From NCBI GenBank assembly GCA_030141605.1, contig JAQGDQ010000816.1, positions 1 through 64,000 on the forward strand: a stretch of 64,000 bases of DNA. Direction: 5' to 3'. The notes under the pieces are model-generated. The model worked only from the letters and a program-made list of their open reading frames with translations, was not told where the DNA came from and searched no databases. The position numbers and the translations under genes are program-made. The stretch's first letter is position 1; every line of letters starts with the position of its first letter. This document shows positions 50,826 through 63,455 of this stretch, piece after piece. The DNA comes from Tubiluchus corallicola. Lineage: Eukaryota; Animalia; Priapulida.

Positions 50826-53800
50826 GTTTAGTTTGCATAAAAATGTACAGTTTACAAAGACAACAGGATGCTAGTAAAGTAACATATCTACAGAAATTCA
50901 ACATTGTAATATCCACTCATTTCAAACGCTTGTAATTGTATTACGATATACGGTGCTGCAAAATACAATAACAGGTATCTTAAAACATAATCTTTAAATG
51001 AGTTCTTTTCCTTTAACTTTACGTTTTCGTTTAGATCTACAGCACAACCATATTTTAATCGTAAATTTACTTGACTGTCATTTACATAGTAGCAAAGCTT
51101 TGGAATTCTCATTTGTTTATATTTATTTGCATTTGTTTGTTTATGTATATCTTTGCTCTTGACAGTTGCCTGAAACAAAAGTTGTTGTCAGCTATTACCA
51201 TCCAGTTACGAATCAATTGTCTTCCCTAACTACACTACCGGAGTTCTGTCCTCCTATATGTGGAGTAAACGATATCGGCTTTCGTGTGCTTCCTATCGGT
51301 GAGCGCGTTTTCTGTTTTACTAAAAAATTTTACGCAAGTTAAGTGTCATAATGGCGCGTGAAATAAGAAACTAATTCTTGATTAATTGCTTATAGAATTG
51401 TTAGATAGCTTAAGACCAAGAATTATTACTGTGAAATTCTTTATAGCCAAGAATGAAGTGTTTTATTCTTAAATAAAACCTTACCATAACATAAAATTTT
51501 CAAATTGATCGGTTATTTGGGAAAAGAAAGTGTTAAAGTGAAAATAACAGCCAGCGTCCGCTTATGTAAAGACATTTATATGTCTGCGACTAGAGCATGA
51601 AAATAATTTCCTTCATAGCATATGGTTTTCTTGGAAATTTTTATTTCTGTTATATAAAAGAATGAAAATAATGAATTTGACTGCTATATTGAATTATTGA
51701 TGAAATTTGAATTATAATTTAAGACGATCAGCGTAAATATTACTCACATCGTGCGGCTATAACAACTTAATACAGCCTTAGAACGTCATACTGGTTTACA
51801 GCAAATCAGGTAGAGACGCTACAAATAATTACTTGAAAAATTATCTAAACATTATTTAACGTTTGCTGAGGCTTCTGTAAGCGTGTTTAGTGAGGCTCAA
51901 CCTAATTTACAACTTCACCGGTAAAATGGCAGGTAAGTTCACATAGGTGCTGCCACCTACATATTATTGCTTAGAATATCAACATTATACGTATTTATTA
52001 TGCCTTTATGTCCATGATATTTATGTTCAAATTTAAACTTAATCTCAATAGTTTTACTCACCTTATTCTGAAATTTTCGTCAAGATAATTGCGCATATTA
52101 CTAATAGCAACATTACTTACAGGGTGGTTGACTTTGGTAACTTGCAGTTTTTCGCCGCCCTTTCACCAATCACTTGAACATCATTAACTCAGATAATTTA
52201 CTCATTTAACAATCTTGTCACTTTGAATCATATTATCATTTCATGCTCCGTGTTTTTTTTGTAAAAAAGGTGAGAAATAAAGATACTTACTTGCTTGCTT
52301 GCTTGTTTGCTTGCTTGCTTACTTACTAAGGCCAGAAACTAACCTTAACAACGACTTTTGTTAAGACAAGATCTGCAGCGTTTCGATCAGTTATGGTCGT
52401 GTTCACACAACAACCCACCTGAATAAAAATACAGTGTAAACGAAATTACAAAAATCAACGTCGGGAAAAGCAAACAAGACAAATATTAAATTTCTTGCTT
52501 GCTTGCTTACTTACTAAGGCCAGAAACTAACCTTAACAACGACTTTTGTTAAGACAAGATCTGCAGCGTTTCGATCAATTATGGTCGTGTTCACACAACA
52601 ACCCACCTGAATAAAAATACAGTGTAAACGAAATTACAAAAATCAACGTCGGGAAAAGCAAACAAGACAAATATTAAATTGTAAACTTACAGATACTAAA
52701 TATGTGATACGAAATTATCGGAAACGCTTTTGCAGTATTAATTGTGGTAAAATGTATACATTTCATTGGATTCGAAAATGGGGTAGTATATGAAAAATCA
52801 TCCTGTCTTCCTGCAACTATTTTTTATGTACGTTAGTCAATTCGCTGCTTTTTATCGTTTGCTGCTTTGGCACATTTAGGTAAAGATATCTACGTGTTTG
52901 GTGGCGTGTCCAACTTGCAGTTTCACAAATGGGTGAGAAATGTCTACAAATACGACACCATCTTTTGCGAGTGGACAGAAGGTAATTATTATTATTGTTA
53001 TTATTATTAAGAATCTTTATTGAAAACAATACAATAAGCCCTCTATTTGCAGGGCACATAAGTACAAAAATGTTAAATAAATCTTTACCATTATGTATAT
53101 TAAATAAATTTTTACTTTAAATTTTTCACAGTTACAATTTCTTACTAAACAAACTAACACAACTGCACTACGATTTATTAAATCTAATTACATATCTAAT
53201 ATTTGCATACAATGTTTACACAGGTAAGTGGCTTGCAACTAGCTACATTCTGCTTCGAGTTTTAACTCGGCTGTGAAAGTTGTGAAAGGTTGCAAGCCTA
53301 GTGATAAAAAAATAAATTGAGTAGCTTCACGAGAATCGTTTTCGAATGCTGTAGTATCTTCTCAATGTTCCTCTGGATTTAAATTGTTCTCTTTCAATTA
53401 TTTCTGCAGTGTCGTTTCGAATGTTTGACTTTCGAATGTCAGTTTGTGTAATTCATATAGTCCCGCGACTTACAATGTTAAATAAATTAAATTGCGTAGA
53501 TGGTTATTGTTTGACATCTCAGATTTTTCATTTCTGCTTTAAAGAAAATGCTTGTTACCTTTTAAGAAATTTGTGCTTGTTGGCTAGCATTGCTGTGTTT
53601 ATGGAATTAGTGGTTTGTGATTAAGAACTATTGCTAAGTGCTGGCATAGGATTTCCTAGTCACTTTGGCATATAATTGCGCCTGCCTTTATACAGTAGGC
53701 ACGGCTTATTAGACTCACTTTGGGATGGAAGTGTTTTGACCCAATTAACCAACTGAATCTACTGACTGTGAGTTTAATAAAGGCACTGCTTATTAGACTC

Positions 53801-54780
53801 ACTTTGAGACGGAAATGTTTTGACTCAATTAACCAACTGAATCTACTAACTGTAAGTTTAATAAATTGCACCGCTTATTAGACTCACTTTGGGACGGAAA
53901 TGTTTTGACCCAATTAACCAACTGAATCTACTGACTGTGAGTTTAATAAATTGCACCGCTTATTAGACTCACTTTGGGACGGAAGTGTATTGACCCAATT
54001 AGCCATTTTTGGTACAAAAACAACGAGTAGTACGGAACAGTTAATTGCATCAAACTATTCCTGAAACAACGACTAATCACATCCTTAAAGGCTAGTACCA
54101 CCTTACGTCTTTCACAACCGGCAATCTAAGGGTATGATGGAGCATTTTATTCTATTCACTGGCCTGAATATTAAGCCGACCTCACCCAGAAAACACATCG
54201 ATGCTGAAAAACAAAGTGGTCACTTAGGTGACCCAAGAACCTGCCACTCCTCAAGATTGTAGGTTGTGCGGGACACGCGAAATTTGAAGACTGTGAGAGA
54301 CTGTTACTTTATGATGCTTAAAGTGAAAAAAGTTCATGTGTGAAGTCACTAACAGGAAACAGTAGAACTGCACAGGTTTTGCCAAAAAGTAAAGTATTTT
54401 ATTGAAAAGAGTAAAGAAGTTTCATAGCAACAGACTCAGCTTAGGGTGGTAATGTTTACAGCTGGGCACAACAGGGAAGCCCAGATTAGGCAGAGGCTAG
54501 CAGTAAGGCCTATGTCACAAACAGGGCCTATTTCAGCCTAGACGAGGCCCTGGGAAGTGAGGCGTGTGAGGCCCCATGGGGGGGGGGGGACGCTACCATG
54601 GTTGGCGCCCAGAAAATTTTTGAACTGCTAGAATGCCAGAGAAGCATTTTCGAAGAGAAAATATGGAGTTATACAGTTGTTAAAGGAAAGAACAATTGAA
54701 AGAAAAACTGCTTTATTCTCAAGACCAGTCGTTAATACTTGTCAATACTGGCAAACAGCGCGTGTGCGGCAAGAGAGAGA

Positions 54781-54860
<80 letters not shown>

Positions 54861-55204
54861 GCAGTATACTCGCATAAAGCAAAAAGAAATGTTACCTTGG
54901 CGCGAGGCCCCCCTGGAGGGTGAGGCCCAGGGGAAGTATCCCCATTTCCCCCCTTGAAATAGGCCCTGGCCACAAATAGAATGTAACCAATGTGACAGAA
55001 GGGAGTGTTGGCACAATTGAAGCCACAGTGCTCTTACACATGTCTGAGTAGCTTTATTGCATTTTATCTGTAAGAAAAATCATAGCAAACTAATTTGAGT
55101 TAAAAAAAGAAATGAGACAATTAATAACAAAGTGATTCTGAGTAACCAGAAATGAACTTACATCACGGCTCTTCTACTCTTGATAAATAAGTGGTGTAAC
55201 TGAG

Positions 55205-55247
<43 letters not shown>

Positions 55248-58200
55248 TAACAACAACTTTCTTTGCCAAGAACAGACTGCTAGCACCTGCCCTGTCAGTA
55301 GAACAGGACATGAAGAAGCCAAGTCAGGACCTACATGAATACAGTTTAAAGAGAGAGAGAGTGTGTACGGGGTTTAAAGAATGGGTGAACACTAAAGCAA
55401 ATAACCTAAAATCCTTCACAGAGGCTATATTTTGAGGGCATGAACAGATTCATCAATGGATATTGATTGGTTTATTTGTCTATATGCATATGTACTATTT
55501 AATTATACACAGTTCATTATAATTACATTGAGACAGGGTTTCGTGATTGTTACATTAATTTTGCGACATAATCACTAATATTCTTATAATTTTCCCCCCT
55601 CCCTCCCTCATTTTTAATGGTTATGATGGCTACATTGCTACCATCAATTATATTTAAATGTTCTGTACAATTATTGATATTACTATAAGTATAATGTATA
55701 TTTTAATCTCTTCTCCCCCACTTAATTCTGAGTATATATATATATATATATCATTGTATACACAAGTAAGCAATATGGTGCATTGTAATACAAGTAAGTG
55801 GTACATTGACAGATAATCAGATAATTCATATTCATAACTATTCAAAAAAAAAGAAATTTCACTCTTTAAGGCTCACTCAAAATTGTAATTACATATTATG
55901 TTTTCCTTTCTCAACTTTCAGGTTTATTGCTCTTATTCCATCGCTATTATTCCATCATTTACTTCATCCTTAATTGCATTAAGTTATCTACAGAAGCATG
56001 CATAACTATAATCATTTTTTCATTTAAATAAGGTGAGTGTGTTAATGACCGTATGGTCGTACACTCACCTCGCACTACTCAAATCAATTTATTAATGTGT
56101 GTGATATTGTATTTTGATGTGTGAAAATAAATTCATAGTTCAATAGTTCAGCAATACTTTGATGTAAAATTCATTTCTGCACTGTTACCCGTTACTCTGT
56201 AATCCCTAGCAAATCGTTATGAACCACCCTGTACACATGCATAGTTTATTTTATTTATCATGTAAACTTTTAAAGCAAAATAAATGTAGTCACTCATATT
56301 ACAAAATACTACGTACTTATGCTGAATATGTTCATTGAACTCTGCATACATATGTCTTCCATGTATATTTCCTTGCATTACTGTTATTTAACATGTGTGT
56401 TTGCAAACCAAAACCACCCATAAGTCGTCATAGTTAAAACTACGTTATGATGCTTCAAAGTAGAATGTGCCAAAAATTTGGTGAAATGTCAGTTTCTTGA
56501 TTTTTCTAAAAGCAAATGCTAAATATATTGGACTTTTATATTCTAGCATCAAATTATAAACAAAATGTTTAAAAATACTAAAAATTAATTTTATAACCCC
56601 GTGCCCACTCTTCTGGTCAGAAATTAATAATGCAATTGTAAAAAAAGCTGCATTTTCAAACTCAGATAGTTGCTCGTGGAAGCTGTCATTTTGCTTCAGG
56701 TTTTTTCTGTTGTCAAGTCCAGATCTTCACCAAGAAGAGCCATCTACTGGATTTAAACATAGCTTCAATGTGTTCTGGCAAAGTCCGTAGTAAGTGTAGA
56801 AACACAATATAAAACAATGACTAACTTTAACAGCAATTTTCTCAAGGTTATGTTTTTCACTGCATAGCCTGCACCTCAACTTAAACGTGGATTGTCTCAG
56901 CTTAGAAATAACACAGAGCGATGAACTTGGTATCAAAATGATTCTCATGAAATGTTGATCCAGGATATGTGAATAACTAGAAAAACTTAATTACCGACTT
57001 ATGGATGGTTTTGCTGTGCATGCACACATATATTAGTCTCGGGGGGTATGTAGATATGTAAGATTCGAGGCTAAAGCTCCAACAACATCACCATTCTCGT
57101 CGATCTGAGTATCAGACGGAAAGTCTCGATCTAATGTCGTATCATTGATGCTTGAAATTTCTAATCGGAGCCCACCTGAAAGAACCTGGGTGTGAAAAAC
57201 CTTCAAATGTCATTATTAATTTACGTACATTTGTTACAGTGTCGAAAATGCCCGACGTACGACGAAACTTCGGCATTACCTGTCACGGCCAGAAAATCTA
57301 CCTATGTGGAGGGCTGGGAAAATATCGTATAAAACAACCGACTGCAGACTCCTTTCACATTGAGACACGTGAGTTGTTGTTTACGATGAGAACTGTTATT
57401 ACAATTCTGCTATTCAAGGTGTTAATAGGGACAGATAAACAAACAGTCAACCATGTATTAATGTCTGGTTGTAGATGCATATGTATGTTCTGGTTTTGTG
57501 TCCAGTAGGCTGTTATTTTGGATGCGTGAAGCATTGAACAATTTGTCTGCATATCTTCAAAAATTTATATTTCAATTTGGTACACACTGAAAAATACAGT
57601 GGGGCAAAAACAAGGTCCAAATCCCACAGTAAGGTCATTTACGATATTTTATAAATGATATTGTGGGATTTTGTGTGTAAAAATGGTCCATTTTTTGACG
57701 TGCATCTCAACTTTATGAAAATTTGCAAAAATCTAGAAAAAATAGCTCATTGCGGCTACTGTAAGTCCTCGCTTAACGATGCCAATACGTTCCAGCAAAA
57801 CACGACGTTAAGTGAAACGTCGTTAAATGAAGCCAAAACCTTCCATAGAAAGTTGTTTGGTTTTCCATTTCTTATAATTAATGTAAACTACATACACATT
57901 TTAAGATATAGTCTGGTGAATTAAAGCTGTAAGTTGGGAATGATTGATCCTATGACTAATTTTTACATAAGCACAGTTAAGTACAATGCTAGAATAACTG
58001 AACTTCTAAGCAAACAGTAGAAATTTCTCAACGTGTACCTTCACCGCAGCTTGATTTCACGGCATTCACGCTGCCCAGCAGACACCAGCTTACGTCATTT
58101 TTTTTCAAATATGCTGGCAGCGATGTTCGTTTGGCGGGAGATGAGAAATATTTAAATATTTTTGCAATCATTTAAATTTTTAAGCAAGACAGTTTGTACG

Positions 58201-61200
58201 CCGCATAAATTGTGTAGCGATTTCGATATTTTTAATTATATATTAAAATCAATCTGTTGTGTTTGTATTTAGTTTAAACATAATTTATTTAGGATTGGAT
58301 CAGACAGTTTGTACAACATGATTTAAGATCCTCACCACAATAGACTTTATACACTATTTACAAAAACATTTACAGTAAGAATTGACCATACTTAACTTTT
58401 AGTATACTAAAGTTTTACTTACAGTGATACATTAGACATTAGTAAAAAATGACGGTTAGTAAATATTAATGTACGATTATTTAAGAATGATGCATTTTAT
58501 ATCAGATAGAAACTACTGGAAGCGTTTAGTACATAATATAAAGTCATGTATACATTGGAATATTTTACAGTTGGTAACATAGTTAAATTCATCTTTACCG
58601 AATAATAACAAGTTCAACAGATCATTATTTCCTAAAACAGTTACGTTAACGTTTTCGGGCAGAAGTATTGCATTTAATTCATCAAACATAACTACCCTAG
58701 CTAGTTGATGCAATGGGCAGTGCAACAAAAAATGTTCAACAGACTCAAATCGAAATCCGCAGTTACAATTCGGCAATATTGGATGACCGTTATTATCTTT
58801 ACAGCCTTTAGAGAAAAGGTCATAGTTTAGCTGCGAAAATCCGATTCTCATGCGCGTATGATGCACTGATATTGGAGGTTTACCAAATGAAAAATGTTTC
58901 TTACGCAAAGAAAAACTTAAATGAGATTTGAGCTCTTGTTTGAATTGTGAAATGGATGTAATTTCACGAATGTTCTGTGGTAAGTTGTTCCACATGTTAA
59001 TGGTCGATATGAAAAACGATTTTTCACAGCTAACAGAACGGCAATTAAAATTTCTGTATTTAGTACCACTGCGTATATAATAGGGGGTAACTTCGTTAAC
59101 CTTTGGCGGCAGAATTGCACTTAAATAGTGGGGCACTAAGTCATTGATTATTTTGTAAAAAAGACATGGGCGATGATAATGAAAGCGTGTCACTAATTTA
59201 GTGAAGCCGCTGTCAGACAAGATACTTGCAGGGGAAGATCGAAACATAGCGCCAGAACAGATTCTAGCAGCAGTTAGCTGAATATTTTCTAACAAACGTA
59301 TACTGTATTCACTGCATCCTGGCCATACTACGTTACCATATTCGATGGCAGGGAGAATAGCCGTAATGAATAATCGTTCCCGCGTAGCTCTGTGCATATT
59401 AACTGACACACGTCGAAAGTTGTTTAGCTTTAGATTTGCTTTGTCTACCATTTTTGAGACGTGATAGTTCCAGTTCAGGTCAGATGTAAGATGAATACCT
59501 AAATGTTTGTGAACATTTACAGTTTTCAGTGCAGTATTAGATAAATACAGAGTAGGATATTGAGGAGCATTGGATTTACGGGAGAAAAGCATGACTTCGG
59601 TCTTATTGGGATTAAATTTAACCAACCAACGTTTGGCCCAGTTTTCAATTATTTCTAGATCTGCCTTTAAGCGATTTGCTGATGTATATGGGTCATCCTT
59701 AAACGAATCCATTAAAACCGTATCGTCTGCAAAAAAGCGAATATCAGATTGAATGTCTTCTGTTATATCATTAACATACACTAAAAATAGAAGGGGTCCT
59801 AAGATAGAACCTTGGGGGACGCCAGATAAAAGTGACTTCGCATCAGATGTATTACCGTTTTGCGTTACTCTTTGTGTTCGGTTTCGAAGGTAAGTTGATA
59901 GCCAAGACAGAAGTTGGCCACTTACTCCATACTGCTTTAATTTGAATATCAAGCCTACATGCCACACCTTATCAAAAGCTTTACTGATGTCCAGAAAAAT
60001 GCTACAGATTTCAGCACCGTCGTCTAAACTTGTATACAAATTGTGAACGATTGAAACTAGCTGGTTGATGGTGCTATCGTTTGATTTGAACCCCGAGTTC
60101 TTTTCCGTCAAAAAGTTATTATCAATAGCAAAGTAGTTATACATCTGATTAAAGACAACGCGTTCTAGAATCTTGGACATACATGAAAGTAGCGCCACGG
60201 GTCTGTAGTTCGAAACAAGCTGTCTATCTCCGCCTTTGTGTATGGGGCAGACATTTGCAACTTTCCACAAGCTAGGAAAATGACCTGACTGTAATGAGAA
60301 GTTAAATAATCGGGTTAATGGGCTTGATAATGAGTCTGCACAAAGCTTAAGTACTTTGTTGCTTATTCCATCAGGACCTACAGATTTGCTCGTATTGACG
60401 TTATTTAATAGTGTTTTCACTAAATCTTCGTGTACAGTAATGTGAGACATGTATGTATCAGTCTTCGATACGAATCTGGGTAATGAAGCATTTGAAATGT
60501 TCAAACGGCACTGCTGGGCAAAGTAATTGTTAAATGCATTGCACTTGGAAATCGCATCACTTATGACAACACCAGCTTCATCTATAATGGGAGGAATAAA
60601 ATAGTCACACGTATTTTTGTAAAAAACTTTTAGTAATTTTCCACCAGACTTTAGGGCATGTTTCAGGATTCAATAGCTTCTCGTTCAGTTTGTCTGAATA
60701 GTCACGTTTGGCTTTTTTAACAGCATTGTTGTACTTATTTCTAATAGTAGTATAGGACTGCCACGAAGCATTCGTCCTGTTTAATTTATAATTTCTGTGC
60801 GCCTTTTCTTTTTGTACTCTAAGCTTTCGAACGTGACTATTCATCCAAGGCTTATCGCGTGGGCGTATTGTTACAATTTGATTAGGCACACAAGAATCAA
60901 TCATTTTCACTAGATTGTCAACAAATAATTGAAAAACAACATCAACAGATTCATTTGAAAACACAGCCTCCCAATTTGCAGCAGAGATTTGTTGATTTAA
61001 TGCTGGCCAATCTGCTAAATTATAATTATATACCTTTCTTTTGAAAGCACGACGTTCTGGAGTTTTGACACAAATTTTCCCAAAAATAGGGTTATGATCG
61101 CATGTAAAGATTTGTGGAAGCACACCGTAGTTAGTAAATAATCTAGGTGAGTCTGTGATAATCAAATCCAGAACAGACTTTGACGTACTAGTTACTCGAG

Positions 61201-63455
61201 TGGGATCAGTAATTAACTGGAACAATTGATTTTGTACAACAAAATTATTTAATTTAGGGCCCATTGGATTTTCGTTTAGCTCTGCCTTTGTGTTTGTATT
61301 TGAAGATTTTACATTTTGCTTTAAACTTCTCAATTATTGTAGGTGAATGGAAGCCCGTGAAGTCAATGTGTGAGGCTTGGCACGACTGTATAAGTTGCTC
61401 CATTGGTGATTATGTGTACGTGTTTAGAGGCAGACGAGCTGAGGTCTATAATGTACACAAGGATGTCTGGTACAGCACCGACTTTGTGTGGAGCTACAGT
61501 TGCGTGCTCGCCGCAATTGAATATCACGGAAAAATTTGTGTAGTGGGTAAGAATTCACTTTGCATGTCATCTGTATACAGTGTTCCCTCACTTATCGTGA
61601 GTGTTCCGTTCCAGGTCCACCCGCGATTAGTGAATTTCCGCGAAGTAGGGACGCTATACTTATTTTAGTTGTTATACATTATTTTAAGTCTTTATTAACC
61701 CTCCCTACACTCTTATTTTATGATTTATAATATTCTTTTAATGTCAGAATTAATATTTTTAATATATTTTTATAGATTTTGTGATTTTTTTTTGCAAAAT
61801 TCATCAAATCTATACATTACTGTTCAGTATGCACTATGCATGTGCAAAAATACTTTAGACGGCGTACCGCAAAAACCCGCGAAACAGCGAAAATACCGCG
61901 ATAAATATTTCACATTAATATTTTTGAAAACCCGCGAAACAGCAAGTCCGCGATAAAGGAACCGCGAAGTAGCGAGGGGAACGCTGTAACTGTATTGGAA
62001 AGATTGTTGGGAGTATGCGTGTGCATTCTGTATATGTGTGCTTGCAAACCAAAATCGTCCATAAGTCGGCATAGTTAAAACTATGTTATAATGCTCCAAA
62101 AGTAGAATGCACCAAAAATTTGGTCAATTCTTAGTCTTTTTGTTTCTCGTAAAAACAAACGCTAAATATGTCGCACTTTAATGTGCTGGAATCAAATTAT
62201 CAAGAAAATGTTTAAAAATACTAAAAATTAATTTTATAACCCCGTACCCATTTTCTGGCTAGAAAATAATAATGTAATTGTGAAAACTCCTATGTTCATA
62301 CTCCGATAGCAGCTCGTGGAAGCTGTCATTTCGCTTTGGGTTTTTCCCGATGCCAAGCCCAGATCTTCATCAGGAAGAGCCATCTAATGGGTTTAAGCAA
62401 ACTTCAATGTGTTCTTGCAAAGTTCGTAGCAACAAGATTTATGCGGTTGCTAAGTGTTTTGTAGAAATGCGACAAAAACAATGGTTAACTTTAACAGTGA
62501 TTTTCCCAAGATTAAGTTTTTCAGTGCGCAGCCTGCACCTCAATTTCAACATGGATTATCTCAGCTTTAGAATAACATAGATTGATGAGCTTGGTATCAA
62601 AATAATCCTCACGAAATGAAGATTGAGAATACATGAATAAGTAGAAAAGCTTATTTACAGAAATGCGACAAAAAACAATGACTAACTTTAACAGCAATTT
62701 TCTCAAGGTTATGCTTTTCACTGCATAGCCTGCACCTCAACTTCAACAGCTTGGAAATAACATAGAGCGATGAAGTTGGTGTGAAAATGATTCTCATGAA
62801 ATGGAAATTCAGGATATGCTTTTCGTTCAATCATCCTTGTCCTGCCATGTCATCACGTACATGTAACCGAACTTTAGCTAGTGCGGATACAGTACCTCCA
62901 GTGTTCAAGTTGATGAGATCTAACGCATTTTATTAAGTAATCCACATAGTTGCAGAAAAATATATTATTTTATATTGTCATAATATATTTTATTCACATA
63001 AAAACTGGGGTATTTGATTTAATCATTTCTTTACTGCTTAACTTGTTGGTTATAATATGAAATTTATAAAAAATGACTGGGCATATACTTTAACACTTTG
63101 TATTCAATCCTTTGCAGATTGAAACTTGGCCGTTTTTCTCGTTTACGATAGTTATAAAAGACTTACATTTTCAGGTGGCGAGGGAAAAATCTGCGTGTCG
63201 ATGTGTATGCCGACAAACGAAGGCAAATCATTGGTTGAAGAAGTTTATGCTGAAATAGACGCAAGCCGTATTGGCAATGCAGTGATAATAGGCGACGTTC
63301 TGTACATGCTGGTAATAAAAGACGGTGCGACACATTTGGCTGAGCTAAAATTGAACTGTCCCAAGGAAAAACGACAGTACGTCACGATAGCGGAGGTGCA
63401 GTCGAATGCGAGAATTGCGTCTACCCAAGCTGCAGTTATTTACTGCAACTTATAA
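40262..63455 (+). CDS. BTB-BACK-Kelch (KLHL/KBTBD-like) protein, ~645 aa; join(40262-40513,42796-42969,46660-47214,49393-49500,51166-51298,52880-52981,57240-57368,61343-61546,63175-63455)
   Basis: 9 GT-AG exons join in frame (1938 nt). BTB: DVSLKVG..ALSVASAYFDAMFSVEMKE..LVEYAY..ITDSNIQDLLQASCRFQF. BACK: NCLSIL..NFHQV..EFLNL..EFAVFEAALNW..LLECVRF. Kelch blades: IYVFGG..YKYD..W, IYLCGG, VYVFRG..YN..W. Confidence 0.9.
40671..41161. mobile_element. hAT-like MITE
   Basis: TGGCGATGGGCGATT / AATTGCCCATCACTA termini. Confidence 0.6.
41329..42675 (+). mobile_element. pogo/Tigger-like MITE carrying a 56-bp tandem array
   Basis: CAGGTAGTCGCCAACTTACGA ... TCATAAGTCAATTACCTG-TA; same family as 3322-4260. 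Confidence 0.7.
41950..42455. repeat. 56-bp tandem repeat (~9 copies)
   Basis: Unit TGTATTATGTGTTATGTCTGTAGTTATCACTTTAACATCTAAGATTGGGCAGTCAA. Confidence 0.95.
42796..42969 (+). CDS. Kelch-like gene exon (BTB core)
   Basis: ttcag|GCA...AAT|gtaagt; SAYFDAMFSVEMKE motif. Confidence 0.92.
45902..46466. mobile_element. MITE family A
   Basis: TIRs and internal sequence match the 4372, 56394 and 62035 copies. Confidence 0.8.
46660..47214 (+). CDS. Kelch-like gene exon (BTB end and BACK)
   Basis: aacag|ATC...TCG|gtaagt; 555 nt. Confidence 0.92.
47338..47825 (+). mobile_element. Non-autonomous bipartite RTE (Expander/BovB-like) retroelement
   Basis: RTE 5'UTR motif GGTCCCAAGCCCGGATAAA..GGAAGGGCATCC, then ORF end EMRMLRWMVGITRRDKIRN, then a (GAA)n tail; 15-bp TSD AATGTCAATGAAATA. 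Confidence 0.85.
48030..48455. mobile_element. Harbinger-like MITE related to 28747-29220
   Basis: Shared GAGTGTCAGCT..CGCTTTCTG..GGAGAGTAACT; ends GTCTGAATGCACCG-TTA. Confidence 0.6.
48870..49190 (-). mobile_element. RTE-like 5'UTR fragment
   Basis: Minus strand starts GTTGGCATCCTTCTGTCTCGGAAGACAATGG and contains GATAAGTTTGGCACCAG, motifs I recall from RTE 5' ends. Confidence 0.5.
49393..49500 (+). CDS. Kelch-like gene exon (HPYAVLL...EEEEEVPCKRKRT)
   Basis: ttttag|CAT...ACG|gtaaca; 108 nt, phase 0-0, open frame. Confidence 0.75.
50635..50826. repeat. (ATT)n/(ATC)n microsatellite
   Basis: Directly visible. Confidence 0.95.
51166..51298 (+). CDS. Kelch-like gene exon (LPETKVVVSYYHPVTNQ...FRVLPI)
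   Basis: gacag|TTG...ATCG|gtgagc; phase 0-1 as required by the next exon. Confidence 0.85.
52305..52680. repeat. 188-bp near-perfect tandem duplication
   Basis: 52321 and 52509 begin near-identical blocks. Confidence 0.93.
52880..52981 (+). CDS. Kelch-like gene exon (GKDIYVFGG...YKYDTIFCEWTE)
   Basis: tttag|GT...GAAG|gtaatt; Kelch GG-Y-W motif. Confidence 0.92.
53693..54005. repeat. ~84-bp tandem repeat (3.5 copies) of a pogo-like MITE terminus
   Basis: CTTATTAGACTCACTTTGGGAC..TTTTGACCCAATTAACC; single copy near 27402. Confidence 0.8.
54522..54968. mobile_element. hAT-type MITE with internal (GA)n
   Basis: TIR CAGGGCCTATTTCA / TGAAATAGGCCCTG; TSD GTCACAAA/GCCACAAA. Confidence 0.87.
56394..57028. 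mobile_element. MITE family A
   Basis: TIRs at both ends; colinear with the other copies. Confidence 0.82.
57240..57368 (+). CDS. Kelch-like gene exon (SKMPDVRRNFG...IYLCGG)
   Basis: tacag|TG...ACAC|gtgagt; Kelch blade. Confidence 0.92.
58271..61287 (-). mobile_element. 5'-truncated CR1/L2-group non-LTR retrotransposon (endonuclease C-terminus, RT, CCHC)
   Basis: SVLDLIIT..DHNPI endonuclease tail; RT motifs GPDGI, NYRPVALL, FLDISKAFDKVWH, GVPQGSILGPLLF, FADD; CNCG..ESVEHFLLHC; 3' end AATAAATTATGTTTAAAC; 14-bp TSD TTGTGTTTGTATTT. Confidence 0.95.
58513..61287 (-). pseudogene. LINE ORF2 (reverse transcriptase), 5'-truncated with one frameshift near 60600
   Basis: ORFs 60605-61333 and 58513-60504 are consecutive parts of one ORF2 (..KITKSFL / IPPIIDEAG..KCNAFNNYF..). 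Confidence 0.88.
61343..61546 (+). CDS. Kelch-like gene exon (EWKPVKSM...KICVV)
   Basis: tgtag|GT...GTGG|gtaaga; Kelch blades. Confidence 0.9.
61578..61986. mobile_element. Tigger/pogo-like MITE
   Basis: TA-CAGTGTTCCCTCAC.TATCG ... CGAAGTAGCGAGGGGAACGCTG-TA. Confidence 0.85.
62035..62818. mobile_element. MITE family A with an internal tandem duplication, right TIR missing
   Basis: Left TIR intact; the segment starting AGAAATGCGACAAAAA appears twice (62463, 62659). Confidence 0.78.
63175..63455 (+). CDS. Kelch-like gene last exon
   Basis: ttcag|GT...TAA; phase 1 fits; AATAAA at 63781. Confidence 0.85.

Noticed and set aside
63118-63174. Upstream acceptor (tttgcag at 63117) for the last Kelch exon
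   Set aside because: Gives an immediate TGA in the required phase
63441-63455. C-terminal YCNL as a prenylation signal
   Set aside because: Cys is at -3, so it is not a CaaX motif
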